From NCBI RefSeq assembly GCF_009914755.1, contig NC_060925.1: 64,000 nt of DNA. One strand, written 5' to 3'. Below are positions 14,244-29,040 of this stretch, in pieces. Under the pieces are notes generated by a model, which saw only the letters and a program-made list of their open reading frames with translations, was not told the origin of the DNA and did not search any database. Within the stretch, counting starts at the first letter, position 1, and each line of letters starts with the position of its first letter. The DNA is from the human T2T-CHM13v2.0 reference genome, Homo sapiens. A program made the translations under genes and the position numbers.

Positions 14244-14680
14244 TGTATGGCAGACACACCTGACAGCAGCAACTTAGGCATATCCTGAGAATGACCCTGT
14301 ATGGCAGATGCACCTGACATAAATAACTTAAGCATACGCTGGGAATGACTCTATCTTCTAAAAGGAATGCACGTTTGGAGTTCTGAGCTAAGGAATCTGG
14401 GAGTGGCCAAACCTGAGACTAATTCCTTATCTATGAGAAACATCTGTTAAAGTTTTCCAGGTGGAGGTTGCTAGAGGGAGGGTGCTAAGTGAAAATGCTA
14501 CATGAACTACATGCTTTTTATAAACAGTAGTGATTCTCCTGCCCAGACTGCAACCACTGGACCACCTTACCTGTAAGTCCTTTCAATAGACCATATGTTT
14601 TGTTTGCTGGCTCCAGGTCTCTTCCTTGGCCTTCAAACAGGGTGCTATCCCTATTGAAGATAATAGGGGTTGGCATGAGA
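14244..14680 (+). mobile_element. ERVL solo LTR, LTR47-like
   Basis: Starts TGTATGGCAGACACACCTGACAGC, ends AATAGGGGTTGGCATGAGA; degenerate 5-bp TSD GATGG/GATAA; interrupts L1M. Confidence 0.75.
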
Positions 14681-15069
14681 GATAAATATTTGAATAGTTT
14701 CTAGTTTGGGGCTATTATTTATAAAGCTTGTATAAACAGTCTTCAACAAGTCATTCTGGCTGGGGTCATATGTTTCCATTCTCTAGGGGAAAATAAAAAG
14801 GATTGAAATTGTTGAGCATAGGTGACTCCTAGGTGAGTGTTTATTAACTCGTTAAATGTTTATATATTTAACTATATAAAGGGTGAATGTTTAACTATAC
14901 AAAAAGTTATCAAATAGCTTTCCAAAGGGGTTTACCAAGTGTCCAAGTTGCTCTTTATTGCCACCAAAATTCGCTGCTATCAGTCTTTTTAATTTTAGCC
15001 ATTCTAGTCAGTGAAAATAGTATTTCATTACGGTTTTAATTTGTTTTTCCCTGATGGTCAATAATGTAG
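14681..15069 (-). mobile_element. Old L1M (right part)
   Basis: Continues the L1M sequence: TTTCTAGTTTGGGGCTATT, TTTTAATTTTAGCCATTCTAG, GTTTTAATTTG..TTCCCTGATG. Confidence 0.75.
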
Positions 15070-15245
15070 AGTAGAACTTCTAAACATGTAAATCCTGGAC
15101 CTGTGTATCAACATTATTGTGAAAATGGTTAGGAATGCAATACGTAAACCCCACTCCAAACTTAATAAATTAGAAGCTCTGGGGTTGGTGTTTGGTCATA
15201 TGTGTTTTACTAAGCCTTACAGGTGATTGTGATCCATGTTTTAAA
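15070..15245. mobile_element. MER5A (hAT-Charlie)
   Basis: CCTGGACC..ATCAACAT..GTTAGGAATGCAA..CCCCACTCCAAAC..AGAAGCTCTGGGG..GTGTTTTACTAAGCC..CAGGTGATT. Confidence 0.7.
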
Positions 15246-16785
15246 AGAATTTCCCAGCTAACATGATTTTTTGGTCTCCCAAACTCTATAGCAATATCAT
15301 AAAATCTGTGAGATATTCTAATTTGTATTTAATATGAATTTTTATATAGTAATAAATAGTTTTCCTTATATAGTCTCCTAGATTATGTTAAGTTCTTATC
15401 AATCAGTACCTGTATCTTTGCACAGTCTAGTTTAACATGTTTTTAATTCTCTTTTACGTCTCTCTCAAATATACTACCAGAATGTTGCTCTTATCCAATA
15501 TTAGATTCATATTTTATATTATAAATGTATATCAACTGGATTATTTGGTTAGTAAGAAGTACATTTTATTATATACTTTACTTGCTGTCAATATACTATA
15601 GTTTCATGCCAAAAGTATTTCTCTTCTTAATGGAATGTTTTTCTGCTATAATAAGTTTTCAAAAAGTCTCTCAGAGATAAACATTCTGAATCAATGTGTA
15701 AAAATTGAAGGTAATTTTATTTCACACTGTCGTTTAAGTTGTCCTTCTGATTTTTGTTCCCTTGAATATCTGCTTCTTATCTCTAGAGTTTTAAATAATA
15801 TTTTGTTTATCATTATTGTTTATATTTCACAATGACTTAAAAAGATTTTTTCTAAAGTAGCCTAAATTGCTGTTGTGTATCCTTGAAATTTGATGTCTGA
15901 TACATCACCAGGCAGGCCCCTGACATGGGAGTGTTACAATTACCTAATGCTATGTAAGAATATCACCATAAAACTTTGTAAAGCAAAATAAAAAGTTAGT
16001 ATGGTTGCAGATTCTGGAAAACAAGTTTTGGTTCTCTTTACCCAATACATCTATCCATCTAGACCTATAGTCTATAGCCCCAGCACCTGTGGATGGAGAT
16101 TAAGCCATCTCGTTGGAAAGTCCGGCACCCATATTATGATCAGGTCCTCCAATGCCAAGGACTTTTTCTTTGAGGATTCTTCTAAGACTGTTGATGAACA
16201 GATCATATTTAGCCACAGAAGTCTCTGAACTAGGTCAAAACAGAATTTGTTTTATTTTTAAAAAGACAAATTTCCAATTTACTGTTTTATTACTTATCTC
16301 ATATTCTTATATTCTATGCAGCCCAAGATAGTCTAGCAGAAATTCTGTAATGAAATCAAATGACAAATTAAAATACTTCAAAAATAAAATATCACCTTGA
16401 TAGAGATGGCCAAAATTTACATATAAGCCTACCACCAACATCAAATTTCGTTATGTCTAACACTCCTAATTTCTCCATAGACTTCACTCTGTTCTGGAGG
16501 TAGAGAAAAAATTATCTATAGATCAAATACCTTTGTAAGTTTAAGTTTAAAATGATTAGGAAAATCATTTTTTCCCATTAGTTAAAATCCAATGAAATTG
16601 AGGCAAGAAAACATCCTCTTTACCTTCATACTTTGTTCAGTCTTAGCCAGAAGGCTGTTAATGCTTGTATGGACTTGTTAGGCTTGTCTCTCACTGGAAT
16701 GAAATTTATTATAAAATTTTATGGCTTCACAAATTGAAATAATTTCATGTCAAGTTTCTGATGCCCTCACTAGTAATGGGCACAA

Positions 16786-17785
16786 ATCCAGAATATACAA
16801 GAAACTCAAACAACTCAATAAAAAGGAAACAAATAACCAAATTTCAAAAATGGGCAAAGGACTTGAATGAAAATCCCTCAGCAGAAGACATTCGAAAGGT
16901 CAATGGAAATATGAAAAAAAAATGCTCAACATTCCTAATAATCCCTAATAATCAGGGAAATGCAAATTAAAACCATAATGAGATATCACCTGACTCCTGT
17001 TAGAATGGTTATTATTGAAGAGATGAATGATAAGTGCAGGCAAAGATGTGGAGAAAAGGGAACACTTGTGTGCTGTTGGTGAAATTGAAAATTAGTACAG
17101 CCATCATGGAAACCTGTATGGAGGCTCCTCAAGAAGCTAGAAACAGAATTACCATATGATTTAGCAATCCTACCTCTGGGTATATATCCAAGGGAATTGA
17201 AATCAGTATGTTGAAGAGATTTCTGCACTCTCATGTTCATTGCAGCATTATTCATAATAGCCAAGATTTGGAAGCAACCTGTCTATCGACAGGTGAATGA
17301 ACATTAAAAACATGGTATGTATACACAAAGGAGTATTATTCAGCCTTTTAAAAGAAATAAATTCTGTTATTTGAGATAACATGGATGAATCTAGAGGACA
17401 TTGTGTTAAGTGAAATGAGCCAGGCACAGAAAGAGAAATATCACATGATGTCACTTATATGTGGAATTTAAAAATTACCAAAGGCTGAGGGGTGAAAGGG
17501 GAGGGTGAGCAGGAAAAGGGGAAATGTTGATCAAGGGATACAAATTTCAGTTAGACAAGAGGAAAAAGTACTGGTGATCTAATTGTGCAAGATGATTATG
17601 GTTAACAATAATATATTTTATATTTCAAAATTGCTAAAGAAGTGAATTTTAAATGTTCTCACCACAAATAAATGATGAGTATGTAAAGTGATGGATATTT
17701 TAATCAGTCAGCTTTGCATGTATCCAAGCATCATATTTTACTGCATAAATATATACGATTATATTTGTCAACAAAACTTTAAAAG
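16786..17785 (+). mobile_element. L1MA-type 3' end (ORF2 C-terminus relic plus 3'UTR)
   Basis: AATCCAGAATATACAAGAAACTCAAACAACTC, GAAATGCAAATTAAAACCA, AGAATTACCATATGA..AGCAATCC, GAATTTTAAATGTTCTCACCACAA. Confidence 0.9.
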
Positions 17786-18192
17786 AACACCTAAAATGAT
17801 AACATATGCAAAATTAAGTTAGAATCAGTCTCACACTTACCAAACTTAAAAGCAAGCCAACCCTTTTCCCAAAAGCAGTTCCTCAGGCAAAATTCTCTTC
17901 CTATAATCTCATACTTAGCATTGCCAAAGACCGCAGCAGAGGCTCGGCAGTCTCTGGGAAAAAGAGGCTTGGGAGAATAAAATATCAGATCAATCCCCTC
18001 CAGGATATTTTCAGACTATCATACTTATAAACTTATATTCAACTAGGAGAAAATTCCTAGCAGAATTTTAATTTTGCCAATATGCAATAACTATTTCTGG
18101 GAGAAAAATCTAATTTTGCATATCTTCTTTCTAAGCTATTGAACATTGCTGACTTCTTGTAAAGTTTAAACATATAGAATAATGACAGCTCT

Positions 18193-18517
18193 TGTCACCA
18201 GTTCTTAGGTCAAGTTCCCTAAAAGCAGAGCCTGGGATGTAGTTTTTTGTTTGTTTGTTTGTTTTTTTCTCCAGTGATTTATTGCTGATTTATAGCTCTC
18301 TAGTGAAAGCTATAAGGGAATTAGAAAAGCAGAATATATTTGGGGAGGAAGCTAGGCAAAGTCAGGCATTTAGCTGAAGTCTAGACTTAGCTTGACCTGA
18401 TGAGGTGCTCTGGAGTGAATTGGCACACAGGATAAAACTGTGAGCTGTTGAAGCAAACACAGCAGCGAGGGAATCTGAGGGAGGAGGTCTGGATGTGGTA
18501 CCAAAAGCATTTATTAC
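18193..18517 (-). mobile_element. ERVL LTR (LTR33/LTR16-like)
   Basis: TTAGGTCAAGTTCCCTAAAAGCAGAGCCTG..TGATTTATTG start; ends GGTACCAAAAGCATTTATTACA. Confidence 0.55.
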
Positions 18518-18901
18518 AAAGGGTAAATGCATGTTAGAAGCTTGAAAGAACAGAGTTTCTACTGATTATTATTGCCATATTCTATAAACAACAATTATCC
18601 ATGAAGTAGGTGATAATTTTGATATTGCAAATCTGTGAAAATCTATCACCTAGCACCTTGAAAATTTGATAGCATATTTTAAATTTTATTTTCTATCAAA
18701 TGAAGATACATGAATAAGAAATTAATTGATCCAGTATTCATTCTTCCACCAGAATATAATTTAAATACAACTATATTTTTTCAGGATAAATTGATAGAGC
18801 TGGCTACTAGGAAAAGATTAGAGATAAATTTTAAAATTCAGTATCATTTGCTTCTTTTTGATTAAAAGTTAAAATGAATATCCCAAGCTTACTGAAACTG
18901 C

Positions 18902-19081
18902 TTTTTTTTTTTTTTTTTTTTTAAATTGAGACAGGGACTCACTCTTCCACTCTTCTACCAGGCTGGAGTGCAGTGATGCAATCATGGCTCACTGTAGTCT
19001 CGAACACTTGGGCTGAGGTCATCCTCCCACCTCAGCTTATCGAGGAGCTGGGACTACAAGCACACACCACCACGCCCAGCC

Positions 19082-19112
<31 letters not shown>

Positions 19113-19225
19113 ATGAGGTCTCACTGTATTACTCAAGCTAGTCTCCAACTCCTAGACTCAAGCAATCCTCCCACCTCGGCCTCCAAAAGCACAGGGATTA
19201 CAGGCATAAGCCACTGTTCTCAGCC
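18902..19225 (-). mobile_element. AluJ
   Basis: AluJ diagnostics (CATGGCTCACTGTAG, CTCAAGCAATCCTCCCACC); TSD TGAAACTGCTT / TGAAATTGCTT. Confidence 0.95.
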
Positions 19226-20379
19226 TGAAATTGCTTCAAAATCTCTTCTTCCATTTCTTCTAACATACGTACAGGAGGCTTGTGGCTGCGCTGAATGTTG
19301 AAAGCAAGGAAAAGAAAAGAGAAAGAAAAACAACATAAAACAAGTTTATATATCATTATCTCCTGTAAATAGTATCCATCTATCCTACATTATGTAAGTT
19401 AACAAGCCAAAGAAAAATGTTTGTCACTGTAAAACTTTTAAATATTAATATACATAGATTTTTTCCAATAGTATCTTTAGGTGCTTAATATGAATAATGC
19501 CTATTTCACGTATAATTTTACTAACTACCAATTGAGGAATAACATAGTTTTGACTATAGGAGTTATTCTCTATATTATTCATGTATAAAATATTTTCAAT
19601 GAATCATGTGTTTAAATTTATAATTATTTTTCATTGTTTTATATTTGTTCTTATTAGATTTACTGAGTATATTTGGCTATGTCTATTACATCCAACGACA
19701 AAAACATTGAGACTTGTATTTTGTATACATTTTATTCAACTTTTAAATTAGTAATTTGATTTATTTTATAGAAGTATTTGTCCAAGATTAATTTGATGTT
19801 AAAAACATAAAAATTTTATAAACCACTTTTATAGCAAAGCTGGTTTAGGAAGCACTGCTCCATAGGGCATGTGGGGATCAGCTGCCTTGAAGTTAAAAAG
19901 TAGCTTCATTTCTAAAAGCCTGGTATAAAGAAAGACTCCTTTCTCTATTGTTCAGCCTTTGCTTAAATTGTATCTGTAAAATTCAAGACTGAGCTGCAGC
20001 AGCTTGTACCCTGAAGCTGTCCGAGCTTGAGAAAAAACTAAGCTTTTGCTTAAACCAGCACTGCAGGCTAAGCACCCTCCCACCTTGTGGGGAGCATCCA
20101 GCTGAGATTCATCCACCACCCAGGCCTGCACCTTTCCTGATGCCCCATTGACCTTCATGCGTCTGCTGAAGCCTGCAAATCCCTGAGTCACTACTGTGAA
20201 CGGTGTAACCTTTTCTAAGAAGAATGCTTTCTCCTTTCCTTCTCATCTCAAATTCCTACTCCTCACTATAAATTGGTTACCCTACTTCCTTCTTTTTGTT
20301 AAAAAAAATTCAGAAAAAAAGTCTTTACTCACCAGAAATCCACACTCATCTTTTTCCCTGAAAAAAAAAAAAGATGCAC

Positions 20380-21215
20380 TCTTTTTCTAAAGCAAACCCT
20401 CCTTGTATGTACAAAAATTTCATTCCATTTTTCCTTCTAATTATTACCTTTTTTCTATTGTCTTTTCAGTTTCTCTCTCTCTACTGCATCATTTACAAAT
20501 ATGCTACCATACTTCACTCCTTAAGGTAGCTCACCCTCTCCTCTTCCAGCAAATGACCCTTTCTCTGTTGCATTTTTTCTAAAACCAAATTAGATCCAGG
20601 TTTTGTCTTCATTGTTCAAAAGGCACTCCTGTTAAGGTTACTAGGGGTCTTCATTTAACCAAATTCAGTAGTCTCTTATTGGCCCTTTTCTTATCTGACA
20701 TAATAGAGCATTGACTTCTTTCTTGAAACATTTTCTTCACTTAAAATTCAGGACTTGCTAATCTTCCAGTTTTTTTTTTTCTAATTCACTAACAACTTCC
20801 TAGATTTCCTTGCTGGATTCTCCCAACATCTTTCTAAATGTTAGAGGATGCAAAAGTTCTGTTTTTGGCCTTCATATTTTCTCCACCTGCAAACAATGCC
20901 AGAGTGAATTCACCCGGTCCTCTAGCTTTACATGCCTTCTATCTCTTGATGTCTCCTAAATGTATATCACCAACACTGAAATCACCCCTCAAATCCAAAC
21001 TTGCACACACAACTATCTAATTAACATCTCCATTTAAATTCCTTTTAAATATCTCACAAGTAACATGTGCAAATTGAACACTTGAATCCTTACTCTCCAA
21101 ACCCACTCCATCTCAGCTAGCAGTTTTTATTTTATTAAAGGGTAACCACAGTTTCCTCAATTGTTCAGGCCAAGAATTTTGGAGTTACATTTGACCACTT
21201 CTTTTCTCTTACAAC
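20380..21215 (+). mobile_element. L2 LINE internal fragment
   Basis: Pyrimidine-rich L2 motifs (CTTCTTTCTTGAAACATTTTCTTCACTT, ACATCTCCATTTAAAT, AAGAATTTTGGAGT..ATTTGAC). Confidence 0.65.
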
Positions 21216-23370
21216 CCAGTGAGATAGAGGTAGAAGTCATGAACATCACCTATAGACCTGGATCATTAAAAAGAGCAGCAGGATTTTCCACTTTCTCTCT
21301 TTCCTTATTTGCCAAGCTGGAGGCAATCGATACTAAGACCTCAGAGTGTGACAGTGACAATATTTGAAGGCAGCTGGGTCCCTCAATCACTGACTTGGAG
21401 GCAAACTTTTCATGAGGGTCACCCAATAAATAACAAATATGTAAGACTCTTGTGTGAATAACCAAGGAACATTAGTTCGTTTAAACTACTAAAATTTTGG
21501 AGTTGTTTGTTACAACAGAGGCTTGCCACTGCAAATGGAGAAGTTTCTACCTAGAAGGATGGTGTTACTTGTAATAAAAACAAAAATGAAATCGATTACG
21601 CACCATGGGTTTAGTGGTTGGGCGGCAGGAGGCGAAAGAACTAGAAAAAGCAGGCTGGAAGCCTGGCTAGCAAAACGTTTAGTAAAAATTCACCTGTGAT
21701 TACTTAAAATGAAGAAAGCATACTTACTGAGCCTATAATTTTAAGATAGTGCCTTGAAAGAGTCAGAGTGGTATCCACTGGCTATTAAAAGTTGCTTTTT
21801 GGAAGTCATTACAAAAATGTGAGATGCTGACGAAAAAAGTGACTGACTTTTAGGGAGAGACGGGTGGGAAAAGAGAAAGTTCACCAATCAATGGCATTAG
21901 AAGTTTTAAAAAGCTAACTTTTCTGGGCCATAAATAATTAGAGATAAAACCCAAAATACAAAGACAGAATTTTTTAACAAAAGGGGATAAAAGGCTTGAG
22001 CAGCAAAAGTTCAAGAAAGCTTTTAAATGAAGCCAAGTGACTCAGTTTAGCAGGAAAAATCTAATTAAGAATATTACTCAAGACCCTTGTTCTATGTAGC
22101 CTCAAGATGGCTGTCATTAATCAGAAAGAAGGTGAGTAGAGAAAATAAAGGAAACAGTCAAGCTTGGGAAATAATTTTAGGTAAAACATCGTGTTTACTG
22201 GCACATGGAACTGTCTGGAAGCAAATAGATAAAAATTTTCCTAAGTTTTTGAGGAAATTGTATTGCCAAAGAAACTGCAAGCCTTGTCTAAAAGGAGTAT
22301 ATGGCTGTTTGCTGAGTCTTTAAACTCTCTACTGAAATAACCCAAGGGTATTTCATGAGCCTCTGACACAAACTGCAAAAGAGCTGCCATAGCTATGTTT
22401 CCCCAAAGAGGACATACTCCCGATCATCCACTCTAGATAGGGCCATGGAGAATAATAGAAAAAGACACACTTTCTAAAAGGCAGAGGAAGAAACCATGAA
22501 AAATATTGTCAAAGGGAGTTTTATCAGAGAACAAAACCAGGGTGTACAAAACCTTTTCCTAATTTCAGATTAAGAAGTTTTTGTAAGAGATGCTGAGAAG
22601 ATTTTAATAACTGCTTTGAAGCAGTGACTGCTCTGGGTCTTCCATTCTGCTCTTGATGAGCAAATTGTATTGAATTACATTCGTGCTTTATCGTTATATA
22701 TTGAGCATGAGATGTGAATTTAATTCTAAATAACATGACTTTTCAGTTCATACCACAAGCAACATCTAGATTACATAGGAAGAGCTGCTCATCACGTGGA
22801 CAACATAAACTAGTTATTGAATGGGATTATTGGATGGAATTTTGAGTTAGTTCACTTAAGAATGAAGTGAATATGTCCAATGTATAGAGGAGAAGTGACG
22901 TGGATATTTGGTGACCAGATTAATCTATAGTGTCAAGGATTGGCTGGATTTTAATTGTTTTACCATGTTCTAAGGGAACCCAGTTAGATTGTGTCCCACA
23001 GTTTCCTTTGTGGTTAGCTGCAGCCATAGAACTGAGTTTCAGTGTAATAAAGGTAGAAGTAATACACACCATCTAGACCTGATTCAAATACACAGACAAC
23101 CAAACAAAACAAATATGCAATATTCATTCTTTCTTTTCTTGTCAGGGGCTGGAAACAAAAGTTCCAGAACTTGACAAACCCCGAAAGATGGAAGGTACAT
23201 AAGGTACCATTTGACAGATAGTAACTGAAGGAGCAAAAAGATTCTACATGTGAAGAAGACCTGCCTAACCAGAAAATGGACTATTATCAAATGATAAATC
23301 AAATTGTATTATGTTTGCCATTAAAATGGTGTATTTATTTTTCTATAGTAGTTATCCTTCTCTGCTAAGA
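21216..23370 (+). mobile_element. Ancient MaLR MLT1 provirus: partial 5'LTR (~21216-21530), internal region (~21530-22920), 3'LTR (~22925-23370)
   Basis: Two similar LTR segments (GAGGTAGAAGTCATGAACATCACCTATAGACCTGG and AAGGTAGAAGTAATACACACCATCTAGACCTGA); LTR end TTTTGGAGTTGTTTGTTACAACAG; MLT1-int-like sequence between. Confidence 0.65.
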
Positions 23371-25207
23371 TGATGATAATGATTTATTTTTATTATTTTT
23401 TCAAGCAACATTTGACTAGGAGTCACTGGATAGCACTACAGATGCTTAGTTCTTACCCTGAACATTCATTAAACAATTTTCCAAAACATATAACATAGAG
23501 ACATAACCTGTTAAAGTAATAACATATTCCACACCCATTATCCTACAATGGTAAGGTCGGGGGAGTTAGAAAATTAAGATCTGATACTTGAGGACATTTA
23601 TGACTCTTTTTCACATATTTCAGAAAGGTGCTAAAATCGGTACTGCTTGTCTATTATTTGGGCAAAACTAATAAGCTTTTTAACTTTTGGTGTGAAAATT
23701 ACTATGCAAAAATTTCAAGATCAACATAGTATCTGGTCAAATGAAACAGAAATAAAGTGCCTTGAAATTTATTTAATTTAAATCTTAAGTAAAATTCTTA
23801 TTCCCCTAACGGAAAAAAAACCTTAAATTTTAGTTATAAAGCTTGAAACTTAGGATAAAAACAAGTGACATTCTCCAATGACCTATCTACTGCCTCAAAC
23901 CTTATTCTTTTTAGTTTTGCCATGTATAAGACAAATTATATGTATTATTCTCACTCATGAGTATAATTCTGCTTGAATTATCTAATTTCTATGAAAGAAC
24001 TGAAATTATAACTTATTTCTATTTTTAGGGGCTATGCTATGTTTTCCCTAACCTATATATCCATTAAAATTTTGAATAATTTTTTAAAAATATTCTGTCC
24101 TCTAGCTTTTTATATTAAAAAAACAAACAGATGTAAGGCCACTGCATTAAATATTTCAAGTGAGTAAAACTGAATTCATATCATGTGATTTGTTATTAAT
24201 AATGTATACTTTTACCTAATTGAGAAATCTGCCTAGAATAATATATTTTATTGTAGTCTAGAGACCTGAAAACAAATTGAAATTCTTGAGTCAATTGTTC
24301 TGAACTATGTCCAGTACTTATTTTTAGTGTTTTCATTCTCCATTCAAGCCAGAAGTCTTAAGATGCAATAACCTTCAAATTCTTCCATATCATTTACTGC
24401 AATGAAAATAAGGTTTTGGGTTATGGAATAGAGATGATCTGTGGTTTTAGTTTGGTGTGAAAAAGGAATGTCAGAAAATGTAGTGGGCATATTTTGAAGG
24501 CTGCAGGATACAGTTTATGTGGTCACTGAAACTGGCAACTATTATGAGGAAGATGTTCACATTGGCCACTTGAGACCGTGGCGTTCAGCTCACAGTTAAT
24601 GCTTCATTCTCACCCCATCAGTTGGGAAGTGATGAGATCCATTGCAAGTGTACTTCCTCTAGCCTCTCTGAAACCCTCTGAAAATTATTTTGAAAGCTGA
24701 TGGAACCCTTTTTCTGAAAAGTAAAAAATGGGAGAAAGCTGTCAGTTACAAAAAAACTCAGGTAGAATTGTGGAGATAAACTTTTTGTCTTAAATTAGCT
24801 TAAAGACTGACCCAACAAAGTCTGTATTTACTCTTCAAATACCCAATGACTGTGAGAATTTTGTTCTATTCTACCATCAGAAATAGTTATCCAAAACTGA
24901 TTTTAAAAACTAAGTAAAAAGTGAGTATATTATTTTTTGATCTGGCCAGCACAGGAAGTAGTATCCTTATTAGGCCTGGATTCAGATGTTAGACTTAATG
25001 AGTGATGAAGGTGCTAATGCCAAATAATCTGAGAAGAAATCTATGCTGGAGCTTAGAAAGATAACCAGGCCCATGGGTGATGGTAGAGGAGGGTGTGTCT
25101 GAGAAGTCCCTCAGAACAAATACAGTATCTGGTGTTGAATATAGCAATCATGGCAGAAATTAAGAAGCCTAGAAGACATTAGCTGGGCATAATGAGAAAC
25201 ACCTCCA

Positions 25208-25295
25208 AGTGTCAGCTCCTTGAGAACAAGGACCAGTCCTGTTTCATCTTGATGTCCCCAGTGCATTATATATTGCAAATATGCCTGTGGATAAG
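25208..25295 (+). mobile_element. L2 3' terminal fragment
   Basis: GTCAGCTCCTTGAGAACAAGGACC..TGTTTCATCTTGATGTCCCCAGTGC. Confidence 0.6.
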
Positions 25296-25835
25296 TTAAA
25301 AAAAAAAGAATTGGTATCAAAGGGGATAGTTGCACAGATGAAGCGTTTGAGCTTCCCGCTTGCTTTAACCAATGAAGTGAGGGGCTTTCATTATCGCTCC
25401 TACTCTGGCAGTAAGTCCATTTTTGTCTTCAAAAGATATCTCCTGATACAAAATTTGAGTTTCAATGGTGTAAAATCTGTGTTTTACTCTTAGAAACCCA
25501 GTAATTTCCTATTAAGGAAAAAAAATATATATATAAAATTTCCCATTATGGAAAAATATATCCAGGGTTAGAAGAAATACTCACCTATCAAGGAAAGTAA
25601 AATTATGCCACGTAATTATTTGCATAAAGACCAGGCAAGAACTAAGCCATAACTATTCAACAGATTTACAGGAAGAAAATAGGAAGCACTCTTCTCTTTT
25701 TGCAATGTGTTCTACACCCACTGACTTTCCTCCTCCCTCTCCCTCTCTCTGAGCTTGTGTCTGTGTATGAATGTGTTTGGTGTTTTTGTGTTTGTTCTCA
25801 TTTTTGGTTGTTGTGCTGATAAAGCAAATATTTTA

Positions 25836-26082
25836 ATTTATTATTGTATTATTATTATTTTTTTTAGAAACAGGGCATTGTTCTGTTGTCCAGCCTGGAG
25901 TGCAGTGGCAGTGGCAGGGTTATAGCTTATTGTAACCTCAAACTCCTGGGCTCAAGAGGACTTTGCACCTCATCCTCTTAGTATCTAGAACTACAGGCAG
26001 GCACCACCATGCCCAGCTTGTTTGTTGTTGTTATTGTTGTTTTAATTATGGAACTGGGGTCCCGCTATGTTGCCCAGGCTGG
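25836..26082 (-). mobile_element. AluJ, 5'-truncated
   Basis: Right monomer plus partial left monomer ending TGTTGCCCAGGCTGG; TATAGCTTATTGTAACCTCAAACTCCTGGGCTCAAG J-type. Confidence 0.9.
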
Positions 26083-26787
26083 AGGCAAACTTTACTAGCT
26101 CTAGTAAAACAAAAAAAAATAATGTTGTGTCTGTTCAGAGGAACATATTTTAGATGATCATCTGAAGGTTCTTAAAATAATCTACAAGTAAATTACACTC
26201 ACACTGGAGTTCATTGAATGCATTCTTTTTTTGTCTTGCTAGAATCCTTGAAGGATGTATCAGGTAGAAAATAAGAAGAGATAACTAATAAAAAAAAATC
26301 GTGATGTACAAAAAGTACTCAATTATGTATTTTCTGGTCTACTATATTAAAGATTAAAGATGTACTTAGTAAAATTTAAACTCATTTATAGACTGAAAAA
26401 TTATATCTACAAAAGCAAACAGAAAAACCACCCTGTAGTATAGTATGTATTCTATTTGAAGAGTGAGTTATAGCATAAGATATTAGCATATTACTACATG
26501 AAAACTTAAAATGAAAGAGATATTAGTAAGTTGAATTAAAATTATTAAAGTTACATTGAAACCAACCATACAGAAGACTGATATGGAGTAGATAAATATC
26601 ATCTAATTCATTATAAAGTCCACAGGACAAAAATAAATCAATATACCTAAATTTAATTAATTTCAAATGAGGTAATGGTTCATGTAAATCAATTTAATAT
26701 ATCTGTTAATTTCATAAATTCATTTAATTGTTTCTTTTTTTATTTTTGGTAGAATGATTTATTGATAAATCTGTGCAATTACAATAG

Positions 26788-27147
26788 TGTATTAGTCCAT
26801 TCTCACACTGCTATGAAGAAATACCCAAGACTGGGTAATTTATAAAGAAAAGAGGTTTAATTGATTCACACTTCTTCATGGATGGGGAGGTCTCAGGAAA
26901 CTCACCATCATAGCAGAAGTCACCTCTTCACAGGACTGAAGGAGAGAGAATGAATGCTAGCAAGGAAATGCCAGACACATATAAAACCATCAGATCTTGT
27001 GAGAACTCACTATCATGAGAATAGCATGGGGGAAACAGCCCCCATGATTCAATTACCTCTCACCAAGTCCATCCCATGACATGTGGGGATTATGGGATTA
27101 CAGTTCAAGGTCAGTCTTGGGTGGGAACACAAAGCCAAACCATATCA
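26788..27147 (-). mobile_element. THE1/MST MaLR solo LTR (THE1C-like)
   Basis: TGTATTAGTCCATTCTCACACTGCT ... AGCCAAACCATATCA; perfect 5-bp TSD AATAG (26783-87, 27148-52). Confidence 0.93.
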
Positions 27148-27814
27148 AATAGCAAATGCTATCTGAACAGTGATTTATTCTCCAAATAATATACAACAGA
27201 ATGAAACACAATTAGGAAATACATAGACAATAATTCTTATAAGAAATGCATCATTTTTCTGCAATATGTGCACATATGTAGCAATATTATTTAGCACCAT
27301 GATTTAAAAATACACAATTGAAATTTTTTTAATCTAGTTTTCTAAGTAAGCACTGCCTAGCAGTCATAAAACGTAAATGACTTTCCAGAATCATCTCAAA
27401 TTAATGTCTAAGCCATATCTTCTTCAATTTCAATTAATAGGGAAAACTTTATGCTTCCTTTTGATTCTTCACCTAATTATACTGAAATAAAAATAAACAG
27501 GTAAATTAAAGTTGATAAAAGTCACAAAAAAATGCTGAGATATCACCTTATATTAGTAGCAGGGAAAAAACCACAGACTTTTCTGAATTCAGAGGTAACA
27601 AAATTAAATCACAAAATTTATACTTACTTATTTACTAGAGATGTAGAATATTTATCTTTGGTTTGTAATAAGTTGGAAATATATTTTATGTCCTATGTAA
27701 ACACAAACCAAACATCTGGATTCAGAGTGAAAAATATTATTGCCAAATTATACATTTTTTCTAGTTATTTACATAAATCATAATATATGCTGATATTCAT
27801 ATATATATATGATT

Positions 27815-29040
<1,226 letters not shown>

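Noticed and set aside
17928-17950. CTCF-like CCGCAGCAGAGGCTC
   Set aside because: It lacks the G-run spacing of the core consensus
20184-20190. AP-1 site TGAGTCA in a locally GC-richer block
   Set aside because: A single 7-mer that occurs several times in the window; insufficient support alone
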